Assembly (NCBI GenBank): GCA_977017645.1
Contig: OZ360231.1
Coordinates: forward strand, 60,574,001-60,638,000
Direction of reading: 5' to 3'
DNA length: 64,000 bases
Source of the DNA: Torpedo marmorata
Lineage: Eukaryota
Part shown: piece after piece, positions 38,366 to 50,520 of the stretch
Layout of the letters: each line of letters starts with the position of its first letter
Position numbering within the stretch: the stretch's first letter is position 1
The notes under the pieces: generated by a model
The model's input: the letters and a program-made list of their open reading frames with translations, nothing else
Told to the model about the DNA's origin: nothing
The model's database searches: none
Position numbers and translations under genes: made by a program

Positions 38366-40768
38366 AGATAAATGGTAGGGAAGTGTAGGTGGGTGTCAGA
38401 ATATTTTCTAAAAGCTAACGTTCTGATGTTGCTGGGAGCAACATAGGTGAAAGAAGCAGGGCTTGACAAGTACAGATCCTTGGGGACCCTGTAGGTAAAG
38501 GTGTAGGTAGGGGGGAATGTTAATTCATTCTCTGGCTATGACTAGATAGATGGGAACAGACCAAATTAAGGGCATCCTATCTAACTTGGCACAGAAGGGA
38601 GGGAGACGTTGGAGGAAAATTGTGTGGTCTTTGAAAAAAAAAAGACAAGGAGTTTTATTAAAAGTATCCTGCAGTTTTCTAGAATTGTTGCCAGTTTAGT
38701 ATAAACTGTGGCAGATAGATTGAGAAGTAGAAGAACAAGGACACAGTTAAATGAGTTTGGCGGGGAAGGGAGAATAACTTAATTATCACATTGACAGGGC
38801 AATATAGTTTGTATTCTTGCCTTTTAATGGGATAAGAGGTATTAAAGTAAGAAAATAAACAATGGGATCTTATATGGGCAACTTGAAGGAGGAAAGTCCC
38901 TAAGCTTCTGGACAAATAAGAGAAATATACACAAACAGTTGAAATTTTTCGGAGTGACTTCAATCTTCCAAAGAAAGGTAGGAACGTACAGAGCAATATG
39001 GATGAAAATATAATGCTAGATGCACTGCTGGATGGTTGCATGGAGCAATTGCTTTAAAAATTAATTCACACATGAATTGAATTTTATCAGACTTAACTTT
39101 GTGCTAAATTTAGGGGTTGTACAGTTCAATATTCAGAAAAGAAAATGCATGCAATGGAAGATCGTTTCTACTGCATTTGCTGTGAACAATCTTAGTGTTT
39201 TAAGAAAATAGGCAGATTTTGGAAGATGAAAAGGTAAGGTAATGATTAGAATTAAAGGAAAGAATATTTTTAGATATGTGTCCACTGATGAATAACGTAC
39301 AGATTGCTGCACACACAGGGAAAACTTTAATTTGGGTGAAACCGAAATAATACAGTGAATACGGTTTCAGAAGAAATGGTGGTGGGGACTTTCATCATGG
39401 TTATGAATAGCCATTGTGGTTCTTCAACTTGGCTGTGTAAATGTGGCACTGTGTAGTAAATGTGCCGTTGAAATTGAATAAAGTTTTTTAGATAATTTTC
39501 TGGAGTTTCTAGAAAACTAAAGTCAATGTGGAGAGGTGGGAAATTTATTTTCTTTTTTAAATTATCACATTTAGAATCAAGGTAAAGAATGCATAGAATA
39601 AGGCTCAAATGTTAAGGAATAGTAAGAAAGATGTTTAGCATTTGTGAAAACCTCACTGATTATGGTCAACCTTTATCTGCAAACAGCATCGTAGCATCAC
39701 AAAATAGTTTACCTGATTGCTTATCTAATTTTGGAATGATCCTGCTGGACTAAGTTGTCTGCTTTTTTTTCCCCGTAATTACCTGAAAATTATTTCATTG
39801 ACTAAAGCACTTTGGGATCTATTGAGTTAAAGCATCAAAATTGGAGAAAGGAAGAGGAAACCCATAAGAAATGAAAATTACAGATAGGGCAGTCATTGAT
39901 AGGCCAAGAGACCTAAAGGAAATCAAGGTACAAAAGCTGAATTGACCAATACAAGTATATTTTAAAAATGGTTAAGGAAATTGGTCTTGTCATAGCTTCA
40001 GGAGATTATTAGAAACAGGATTAATGCCTGAAGTTTTGAAAGTAACAAATGTGAAACACATTTTAAGAAGGTGTGTTGGGACTGCTACATTTTTAGGTTT
40101 CTTTTATCCTTTTTATTCAAGGTATTTTTTAGAGTCATTCTCCAGACTTCTCTTGTTCAGGAGCTGTAGTCTCCTACATTCCAGTGAGTATTTTCAGTTA
40201 CTTGGACCAAAAGTTGAATGAAGCCTGGATAACATAATAGCAAAGCTCAGAAGATATAGTTCAGCTACTGGTTTTATACTGTGCATAAAAAGGACTCCCT
40301 TTAATGTAGGAAGGGGCAGAACAATTCTGCCCAATTCTGCCCACCTTTTAAATGTTAGTTGACAAATATGCATGCTAAACAGCAATTGAACACCATGTAG
40401 TAGTATTAATATATTTATTTTACAATAGTTAACAATAACAACAATTGCAGTAACAACTATTCCTTTTCCCAATAGAAAATGATTATAGTTGCTAAATAAA
40501 ATTTTCCTCATTATTTTTATGCAGCATTTCTGTTGCTTTTAACATTAACTTTCATTAACCTCATTAAGTCTCTGGAAGTTTCAGACAAGTTCACTTATGA
40601 GACTCCAGGCAAACTAATCTATTTCAAAAAGACAGGTCATTAAGTAACTTCAGAGTGAAAGCCAACAGAACTTATTCACTGCATTCAAAAATCAAATTTG
40701 AACAAAAGTACATTTGTTGAATTAAGTTAAAAGGCCTTCCTCCTGCTCATTAAATGTTCCAAAGTTCT

Positions 40769-42960
40769 TTCTTTCTTTTTCAATCTTTTTTATTGGTTTT
40801 TATAAGAAATACAATACAATTAAGAAAAGGGAATGAAACTGAAAATACAATATCACATATGTATATATATATATTAAGATAAAACTTCAAACAGTATAAA
40901 CTCAGTCCACCGTGCACTGCAATGGGTGAAAATGGAAAAAAAAAACATCAAAAGTATTATATAAAAAAACCCCACCTAACCTACTCTAATAAAAAAAAAA
41001 GAAACAACTATCAAAAAAAAAACAGCTGAGCATCTTATCCTGAGGGTTACATATATTTTGTAGTTTTTGGTTCCTACCGTAAATCAAAAAACAAAGGTAA
41101 GACTATATCTCATCTGGAAGAGTAAATACATCTAATCACATTAGAAACATTTACATCATATAAAATGAAAATAAGACATAAAAGGTCGCCATGTATCTTC
41201 AAATTTCACCGATGAATCAAATACATGATATCTAATTTTTTCTAAGCTTAAACAAGACATAATATGAGAAAACCATTGAAACACTGTTGGAGGTCTAGAG
41301 TCTTTCCATTTGAATAGGATGGGTCTTCTAGCCAACAATGTAGAGAAAGCCACAACCCGTTGAACAGGTACAGAAAAACTCCCTATGTCTGGGTCAATAA
41401 CCCCAAAAAGAGAAGTTATTGGATTGGGTCGTAGCTCCACCTGGAGTATAGTTGAAAATATATTAAAAATTTCTTTCCAATAGGATGAGCAAGACCAAAA
41501 CATATGTGTCAATGTACCAATTTCAGATTTGCATCTGTCACAAATAGGGTTAATATTAGAAAAAATACTAGCCGATTTATCTTTGGACATGTGAACACGA
41601 TGCACCACTTTGAATTGGATTAATGAATGTTGGGCACATATAGAAGATGTATTTACCAATTTAAAAATCTTGTCCCATAGATCCTCAGATAAGGATCTTG
41701 CATGTTCCAGTTCCCAAGCCTTTTTAATCTTATCATGAAGCACTGGATGTAATTTTAATAATCTATCATATATAATTCCAATTAATCCTTTCTGAGAAGG
41801 ATTCAATTGAAAAATATTATCAACTAAATCTGGTGGATATACAAATGGAAAATCCAGTAACATGGTATTTAAGAAATTTCTAATCTGTAAATATCTAAAA
41901 AAAATGAGTATTTGGTAAGTCATATTTACTTGCAAGCTGTTCAAAAGACATTAAACAACCTTCCTTAAATAAATTTGCAAAAGAAACAATACCTTTAATT
42001 TTCCATATAGAGAAAGATTGATCAATTATTGATGGTCTAAAAAATAATTATGAGAGATAGCACTAGATAAGACAAAGTTTTTTAAATTAAAAAAATTCCT
42101 AAATTGGAACCAGATTCGCAATATATGTTTGAGTATTGGATTAGATATATTCCTATTGATCTTGGAAAAGCTAAATGAAGAGAGGCACCTAAGAAAGAGG
42201 CCACTGAATACTGCTGTATGGATTTCAATTCTAAATCTGTCCATAATGGATGATCCAATATATCAGAATAAAAAATCCAAAAAGTTAGATAACGAATATT
42301 AAGAGCCCAATAATAAAATCTAAAATTAAGTAAGACCATACCTCCATATTTTTTCAATTTTTGTAAATGAAATTTACTAATTCTAGGGTTTTTGTTCTTC
42401 CAAATAAAGGAAGAAACTTTTGAATCAATATTATTAAAAAAAGATTTCGGGATGAAAACTGGAATCGCTTGAAATAAATATAAAAACGTAGGTAATATTA
42501 TCATTTTAACTGCATTAATATGACCTATTAAAATAACGATAAAGGAGACCATCTAGAAAAAGACAATCTCAAATACTCGAATAGAGGAGAAAAATTGAGT
42601 TTATATAAATCTTTAAATCTTTTAGTAATTTTAACCACCCTAGTATGTGAAATTATCTCTAACAATCTTAAATGGAACTTGAGTATAGATAGGGACCTGC
42701 ATATTAATCAGAAAAAGTTCACTTTTATGAAGGTTTAATTTATATCCAGAGAAAGAGCTGAATTGAGAAAACACAGATAACATAACTGGGATAGATCTTT
42801 CAGGATCTGAAATATAAACTAATACGTCATCTGCATACAAAGAAACCTTATGAGTTACTCTGTCTCTGACAATCCCTTGAACCTCTTGAGAGTCTCTAAG
42901 GGCTATTGCCAGAGGTTCTAAAGCTAGATCAAATAGCAAGGGGCTAAGGGGACATCCCAG
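40769..42960 (-). mobile_element. L1/Tx1-type LINE, 5'-truncated (RT and C-terminal remnants)
   Basis: GCPLSPLLF, SLYADD, CDRC...HMFWSC across broken ORFs; T-rich tail at left; short TSD AGTTCT. Confidence 0.92.
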
Positions 42961-43284
42961 AGTTCTATCAGAAGTGGTCTGAAATATTATTATCTGCCAG
43001 AAGGAAGGTTATAATTAACACATTTTTGTCATAAAAATGATTCAGGAAATAGACTAACACTGATGTCAGGGGGTATCTTAGAAAAGAGGATAATGAAACA
43101 CTTGATGTATTTTTAAAGTTTATTATTATTATTATTAAGTGTGGTTATTGTTAAAATATAAGATTCACGCAGTCAATTTACAGTTTCACAAAGAACAATA
43201 AGACAATGTCCTCAGTGATGTTGACTGAGGAATTGATATCTTGAGGGTAGGCATTCAGTGGTTTATTTGAAGGAAAGCATCAAA

Positions 43285-43770
43285 GAACTATAGAACACTA
43301 CAGCACAGAAACAGGCTCTTTGGCATATCCAGTCTATGCCAAACAAGTTTTCCGCCTCATCCCAGACTTGCACCCGGACCATAGCCCTCCATATCCCTCC
43401 CATCCATGTACCTGTCCAGATTTATCTTAAATATCAAAATCAAACTGCATCCATAATTTTCGCTGGCAGCTCGTTACACACGCTTACCACCCTCTGAATG
43501 AAGAAGTTCCCCCTAATATTCCCCTTAAACATTTCAACTTTCACCCTTGACCCATGTCCCCTCATTCTTGTTTCACCCAACCTCAGTGGAAAAACCTGCT
43601 TGCACTTACCCTATCTATACCTCTCATAATTTTATATACCTCTATCAAGTTGAATACCTCATTCTCCAGCACTCCACTCAATAAAGTCCTAACCTTTTCA
43701 ACCTTTCCAGGTAACTCAGATCCTCAAGTCCTGGCAACATCCTTGTAAATTTTCTCTGCACTCTTTCACA
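43285..43770 (-). mobile_element. CR1 LINE 3' fragment
   Basis: Similar to 35905-36260 and to the reverse complement of the 3' end of the CR1 at 20066-22965. Confidence 0.8.
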
Positions 43771-44261
43771 GAATATATTTTAACCCGTTAATAACGGACT
43801 GAAGCATCGCCTAAAGAATGGAACCTTAACCCACAATGTTCGAATCAGAAATAAGCTGTGCCAGAATTGACAGGGTCTAAGTAGAGTAGCAGCAACATGA
43901 ATCTCCACCAGGAACACACAACAAAGTGCCCAAATCACTGTTTTTTGTGTTTGGGTCAGAATTAAATCTGTTGGACTTTTCAGGGTCACCGTGCTATAAT
44001 AAGCTAGGAAGGTGGGATTCATTTGATTTCCTTGCTATTGGAAAGAATTTCATTGAAAAGTATTGCAATATCCATTGCTCCTATCAGGCAGACAAATGTT
44101 TCTAATTGAAAGGATTAAAAAAGATAGAATAGCCATTTTCATACTAAGGATATATATCACAAATTGATTACATCCTTACATGCACACAAACTGACCAAAT
44201 GCTCTCTGATTTTTAATATTTTTATCAGAAATTTAATTAAAAAAAAATTTTAATTAAAAAT

Positions 44262-44511
44262 TTTTTTAGACATACAGCGCAGTAAAAGGCAATTTCGGCC
44301 CACGAGTCTGTGCTGCCCAATTTACACCCAATTAACCTACACCCCCAGTACATTTCGAACGGTGGGAGGAAACCGTAGCCCCTGGGAAAAACCTACGCAG
44401 ACACGGGGAGAACGTACAAACTCCTTACAGACAGCGCGGGATTCGAACCCCGGTCCCGATCGCTCGCGCTGTTAAGGCGTTGCGCTAACCGCTATGCTAA
44501 CCGTGCCGCCC
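44262..44511 (-). mobile_element. tRNA-derived SINE (V-SINE/HE1-like)
   Basis: Reverse complement of the 62441 family, CpGs largely intact. Confidence 0.9.
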
Positions 44512-44777
44512 CTATGGAAGTGGAAATATATAATTTCCAAACTGAAGGTTAACAGAAAATGCAAACACAGAAAACAAAATACAAGATTTTTACAGTTACA
44601 CAGAAAATTTTCTTCCACATCTTTTAGTGCATGTATTATATTTTTTCATTGATTGCAACACTTTCCCAATAACTTGGATTTGGACAATATTGCCCAAAGC
44701 CAAGACATTATGAATTGAATTTAGATTCTGCAATGCAAACACGTTTCTAACTCCAGGAATCATCAGCTGCAGTTCTT

Positions 44778-45412
44778 ATGGCATTGTGAAGAAAGCACGT
44801 CAGCGCCTCTACTTCCTCAGGAGTTTGCAGAGGTTTGGTATGACATATGAAACCTTGGCAAATTTCTACAGATGTGTGGTGGAAAGTGTGCTGACCGGCT
44901 GCATCACGGTCTGGTATGGGGACACCAATACCCCTGAGTGTAAAGCCCTCCAAAAGGTAGCAGACACAGTCCAGGACATCACAGGCAAAACCTTCCCCAC
45001 AATTGAGAACATCTCCCGCTGCCGTCTGAGAGCAGCAGCAATCATCAAGAATCCACACCACCCAGCACACACTCTGTTCTCGCTACTACCATCAGGAAAG
45101 AGGTATAGGTGCCACAAGACTCACACCACCAGGTTCAGGAACAATTACTACCCCTCCACCATCAGACTCCTCAACAACAAACTCAATCTGGTTTAAGGAC
45201 TCTTACTTTTGCCCTTTATTGATTGTTTTCTCTCTGTATTGCACAGTCAGTTTGTTTACATTTCTTTACATGTTTACATGTGTATGTGAGTACAGTTTTT
45301 TTTGGCACTACCAATAAGTGATAATTCTGCCTCGCCCACAGGAAAAAGAATCTTAGGGGTGTATGTGATGTCATGTATGTACTCTGACAATAAATCCAAA
45401 TCTGAATCTGAT
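44778..45412 (+). mobile_element. Rex1/Babar-like LINE 3' fragment, same subfamily as 58219-59570
   Basis: KARQRLYFLRSL...ESVLTGCITVWYG; 3' UTR closely similar to ~59350-59570. Confidence 0.88.
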
Positions 45413-46707
45413 CCATATTTCCTTCAAATAATTTCAAAAATAAAAAAAACTATAAAATTGCTGTCAAAATATTATTCATAATATTATTCTGGTACAATTT
45501 CAATTGAGCATTTTTTTAAGAGAAGCTGGGAAGGTGGAATTCATTATATACAGTATGTGTGTGAAGAGATATAGTAAACTGACTGTATATACACCTGTAT
45601 TTTTGTTGTGAGCTCTTTGTACTGTTCAGAAGGTATGGTAAGTTGAAAGAATAAAGGGAAAGAGTGATAGTTCAAGGGCTTCAAAAGTCTACAGGATTCT
45701 ATTCCAACAGTTCTACCCATCTGTCTTCCAAAGATTTCTGGAATCCACCTTCCCTGGGCAAACTTTCCTGCAATTGTTTAAATGTCACACTGATTTGAAA
45801 TAATAATTCTTCAAAACTTCAATCAAACTAAAATGTCATTTGTACTAAACTGTATCCTTATATAACTTATACTGTATTGAAAAGTTGTCTCTTTAATGAA
45901 ACATATTTACAGAATACAATACATCCATTCCCAATTAGTAAATCAAATTAAAATACTGCCTCTTCTATGTTCTTGCAGCAGATGTACAACACTGTATTTC
46001 TAATAGCAAGGAAATTAAAACACAGCCTATTCCAAAGTATTATATTGAAATTCTTCTGCTGCATTACATTAACTTCATTATATTATTCCATTAAACACAT
46101 CTATTGAAGTGAAACTATAAAACTTCAGAATCCAAAATACATTTAGTACCATCCTGTTAAAGAGATGGCCTTTTCTACCGTATTATGTAAAAATGACACC
46201 CTCGCATCATGAGAGAGCTTTGCTCAAATTACACTTTCATCTAAAGTAGTTTGCAATAAGACCCAGTGTGCTGCATTTTAAATTGAAATTACAACACTTT
46301 TGTCCTAAAATATTACACCCAAATTATATCACTGTACTCACAATTACAAGGAACATAATAACGGCAACGTGAGAGACAGAAATTTCATCACCAGCCAATT
46401 GAAGTTCAGATAAATTCGAAATGCATTTTCTCCATAACTCTGCAGAAATAGCAACGCCATCTCATCTAAAGCACTACATTCAGATTATAATTCAAATTAC
46501 AAAACTCAAGATTTCAACATCTTCAGTTTCTGTTCTACCTGCGCTCCGGAGCGAAACAATACTTTCAATAATTGGAGGTGCGCAATAGAGCCTTTAGTAA
46601 AACATTCAATGAGTGCATCCAAACCAAACTATTGATCCCAAACTCCAATACTTAAAGCACTGAATCCCACCCGCTACCCTTCTTGAATACTAGGTAGAAT
46701 CTAAATG

Positions 46708-46903
46708 CAGTGAAACACGAAAGTCTGCAGACGCTGTGATTGTAGTAAAAACACACAGAAATCCGGTCTCGCAGCGTCAAAAGGAGGTAAAGATATATTA
46801 CCGACGTTTCGGGACCATCTTCAAGGAGGGCCCGAAACGTCGGTTATATATCTTTATCTCCTGTGGACGCTGCGAGACCGGCTGAGTTCCTCCAGCATTT
46901 GTG
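46708..46903. mobile_element. Penelope-derived palindromic mini-element
   Basis: Central CCGACGTTTCGGG...CCCGAAACGTCGG inverted repeat; TSD-like AGAATCTAAATG / AGAATCTCAAATG. Confidence 0.78.
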
Positions 46904-47841
46904 AGAATCTCAAATGAATCTTCTAATGATGTATTTGATACCGTTCAACGCTGCCTCTTGTAGTGTTGGAGAAAGAATGCAAAACAAAGTGCTTGATAAA
47001 GTACTTTTACTAATACATACGCTTTGAACGCGTCTGAAGCTTCCATTCACGGCCTCCGAGTAATCTGACCTACTAGGGTAGGACCAGCCGTGGGGGTTTG
47101 CAGAATTATCGGTGAAAGTGAGATTTGCGCACAGCAGACCCGGGAAAGGTAAACCTCGATCTCTGTTCGAGAATCTTTATCAACAAATAGGTGACCGAGG
47201 CACCAGGGTCAAAATGGAGATAATGCTCAGAAAGGCTTATGTTGTAAAAAAAATGTGCGCACAGAAACATACCTGGAGCAAATTGGAATGTTAATTGGAT
47301 TTTTTTTTAAATACAAGCCCTGCCTTATCCTAGCACTTGATGCGATAAAAAGGGGTTGTGCTTCTTTGCTAAATGTTACTGGCGAAAAGTAACGCCAGGA
47401 AAGAAAGCCCCTCGCTGAAAAACTCTATCTTCCAACATTGCCGCACGTTTATACATTTATAAATTTGGATCAGGACCAGTCGATTGTGGAAACGAGTTGT
47501 ATTCTTTTAATGAATCGACCAGGGAATACAATCTCGATTGAAGCCACGGCAGCTTTAAATAGAGATACCTTCGTTCCCACCAACGTTAAAGTGAAGAGAT
47601 GTTAGCAACTGAAGAGCTAACCATTCGGGAGCAGGACACTTCCAACTCACTCCCAAAGCATTCCTTGCCAGCGAGAGGTGACGGGCTGCTCACTTTGTTT
47701 GTATACACTCAGATGTAATTAAAACAATTACAATAGTATTATCTTTCCCCTTTAAACTGCGGCCCAAAGGTAATCTAGGAACATCGCAACTAGAAACGGC
47801 CGGCGCAGTCGCTGTCGTTTCACCTGTCATTTCATTGCGGT

Positions 47842-48137
47842 AATAGTAAAACTCGAAAATCTGAAATAAAAAGTAAAAACACAATGCTGGAGAAATTCAG
47901 CGGGTCAAACGGTGAACTTTATATGATAAAGATACATAACCATCGTTTCGGGCTTCAGCCCTTCATCAAGGTATGGGCAAAATGTAGGCAGGCGCGGGCG
48001 TTTGCCTACATTTTGCTCATACCTTGATGAAGGGCTCAAGACCGAAACTTTGGTTACGTATCTTTATCTTTGCGATATAAAGTACACTGTTTGACCCGCT
48101 GAGTTTCTCCAGCATTGTGGTTTTACTTTTTATTTCA
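47842..48137. mobile_element. Penelope-derived palindromic mini-element with two inverted hammerhead-like motifs
   Basis: ~135-bp inverted arms homologous to the termini of 23651-24287; TSD-like ATTTCATTGCGGT / ATTTCACTGCAGT. Confidence 0.82.
47938..47975 (-). ncRNA. Minimal type I hammerhead ribozyme-like motif (degenerate at the cleavage triplet)
   Basis: Minus strand reads AUACC UUGAUGA A GGGC UGAA GCCC GAAAC GAU GGUU: core boxes, stem II and short stem I present; conserved U before the cleavage site is replaced. Confidence 0.55.
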
Positions 48138-48787
48138 CTGCAGTTACCTGTATCTCGAACATTACCATCTCCCCTCTTCACTATTGCCCCCGTAAACGGA
48201 GAACGAGCAGGTACAGGAGGTCGTGGAAAATACATTATTTTAATGCCCCAAAGTAAGCCGAGTTGAAGCCGTTTCTGCAAGCGGAATTGACATTTACAAT
48301 TCAAAGAAAATTATTAGGAAGTAACCAGTGATTAGGCGGCACCGTCACTTTGATATGTGTGTCTGCCACGCAAGTTTAGTGCTCCACACTGTTTGGATTG
48401 GGACTGCAGGGTGTATTATTAGGAATCATTAGTTTTAATTGAATCCTAAATGTCCGTGTTGTAATTCTTATCCATATGCTATTTCTGGCGGATTGTGTGA
48501 CAGTTGTGGAACCAACGAGCTAAAATGGACATGGTACTTCTCACCGAGTGGAAAGTGTACTTGCAATGTGAAACTCCTGGGCATAAACAGATCTTTAACT
48601 GCCTTACAAGTAAACAAAATAGAGCGGTGGATGCTTTTATGTTCTCGCATTATCTCAAATGGAACACATTGCGTAATAATTTTTAGCAACATGGTGTTAA
48701 AATATATACATTTTGTAGGATTTATGTAAAACACAAAAAACGAATATCATTACTATTTACATTTATATACTATTTTGTATACATTTG

Positions 48788-48936
48788 GTCATACCTTGAT
48801 GAAGGGCTTCAAGCCCTAAAACGTTGGTTATGTATTTTCATCTTTGCAAAATAAAGTACGCTTTTGCCCCGCTGAGTTTCTTCAGCATTGTGTTTTACTT
48901 CGATCACGGTGTCTGCAGACTTTCGTGTTTTACTCC
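48788..48936 (+). mobile_element. Penelope-derived terminal fragment (single arm)
   Basis: ATACCTTGATGAAGGGCTTCAAGCCCTAAAACGTTGGTT...TCTGCAGACTTTCGTGTTTTACT; flanking duplication TATCATTRCTATTTAYAT. Confidence 0.75.
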
Positions 48937-49865
48937 TATCATTGCTATTTATATAATTATGTAAAATAGGGTTCACGTTTAATCTTGGAGCTGGTGGTTA
49001 TTTTTTTTTCGTAGATTCAGAAGGGATTTAGTGAATAAAAGTATTTGTTGGGCGGACTTTGGTTATTGACTTGGGACACGCGATATCTCGGGAGGATAGT
49101 TAACGGATTGGGCAAAAACTGATGTGGAACGGTAGCGTGCTATAACGATTGAAATGTTCTCATCAGGTATCACTCGGTCGGGCTATTGCGGTGTTTATGC
49201 TATTCATATTAGTAGGCACGTGAAAAAAAATTAGGGGACTCTTCAACATTAAGTAACAACAACAGAGCACAAAGTCTGGCTCGTGGTTCGCTAAACAATC
49301 TGCCAAACAGCGAGATTCGTGTCCCAAATGTAAAAAATAAAAACTCATTTAAACTAGTAAGAATTCAGGCGTTAGGGAAACCGGGCGAGTTTCAATACCA
49401 TAATTTCATGTATATACTACATTTAACCCCGACTCTATCCGCGACTCAACCAAACGGCAGAGTCGAAACGGCCAGCTCTTCAGACCCAACAGTGGCCCGA
49501 TGCTATCCGCCTTGAAATAGTCCGGCCGAAGATTAAAATGGGTAACACGTGCATGGCGGCAGATACTAAAGTTTTAAAGCAGAAGCTGCCTGTTGAGTTT
49601 GTTTTTAACAAAACGGAATATTTCATTTTTCAAGCAGAGAACCAACCGGACTTTTCCCTCCCATCAAGAACCCGTATCCCTGAAAACGGGGGAGGGGTGT
49701 TTGCAAAACGAGTTCGGGAAAATAAAAGGTTTGTGGAAGGGAGTTGTTTTTAGAAAGGATTGATCGTTCTGAGTCAGAGAAACGATCTACAGCTACGATT
49801 GTTTTGTTAAGTTCTAACGAACGGAGAGTGCCGCTGAAGGTGTCTGTTTTTATTCGTACACTAAC

Positions 49866-50067
49866 CGGAGTTGATCTCCATACACTGGCTTGAATCCACG
49901 TTGTCGCCAAGCTCCGAGTCCGCGTTTATACTCTCCACACTGAGCTCCATGGTCTTCTCGCCCCATTCTTGGATTTTTCGCTTTTTATTTGACCCGATCA
50001 GAGCTTCTACAGAGAAGGCGTGAGCCCTTGAACTGAGGGCTGCTGCAGATCGCCTCCTTTCACTCAT
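49866..50067 (-). CDS. TBX15: TBX15 coding exon 1 (N-terminus with eh1 motif FSVEALI and KKRK NLS)
   Basis: ATG at 50067 gives MSERRRSAAALSSRAHAFSVEALIGSNKKRK..., matching the vertebrate TBX15 N-terminus as I recall it; 202 nt, ends phase 1 at donor G|GTTAGT. Confidence 0.95.
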
Positions 50068-50229
50068 TGCCCGAACAAGTGTCGTCCAGAAACAAGCGAA
50101 CTCTAAACTTTCCTTCAAAGACACCAATATGAGAAGTTGAGAAGCGGCAGCGCGCACTGTAGCAGTTTCCAAATGAGAAAGAATCAAAAGAATGGCTGCA
50201 GATTCAGCACTTGGTCGGCACAAGGGTTA

Positions 50230-50520
50230 CAGAGGTCCAGAGCTGGTTACATCTCTCACAGTCCCATTTAGCATGTTGCCGGCTGACGGAGAGCAGTTAT
50301 TGAATTTAGTCCACTTTCTGCCTCCACTCTGTCATCTCCCCCACCCCCCCCCCCTCCCCAACCCCCGGCTGATTGATGCAAACTTCTGCTGCATTTTACT
50401 GCAGGGGGAGAGGTCTGAGTCTCCGTCAAACTCCGCCGTCCAATAGAATTGCGGCTAGCAACCAGGATCCAATGACAGACAAAAATTCCAAGACAAACCA
50501 GGGTCCAATGCCAGCGGAAT
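50230..50520 (-). promoter_or_regulatory. Putative TBX15 proximal promoter
   Basis: Just upstream of the ATG; three CCAAT boxes (50440, 50469, 50505), TGACAG at 50473, TGATTGAT at 50370, C-tract at ~50337-50366. TSS not determinable. Confidence 0.55.

Noticed and set aside
37435-38469. Long Pro/His- or Gly/Trp-rich ORFs
   Set aside because: Artefact of the G-rich minisatellite.
50068-50223. 52-codon N-terminal extension of TBX15 in the ORF track
   Set aside because: Begins at TTG under bacterial-style start rules; recognisable homology starts at the ATG at 50067.
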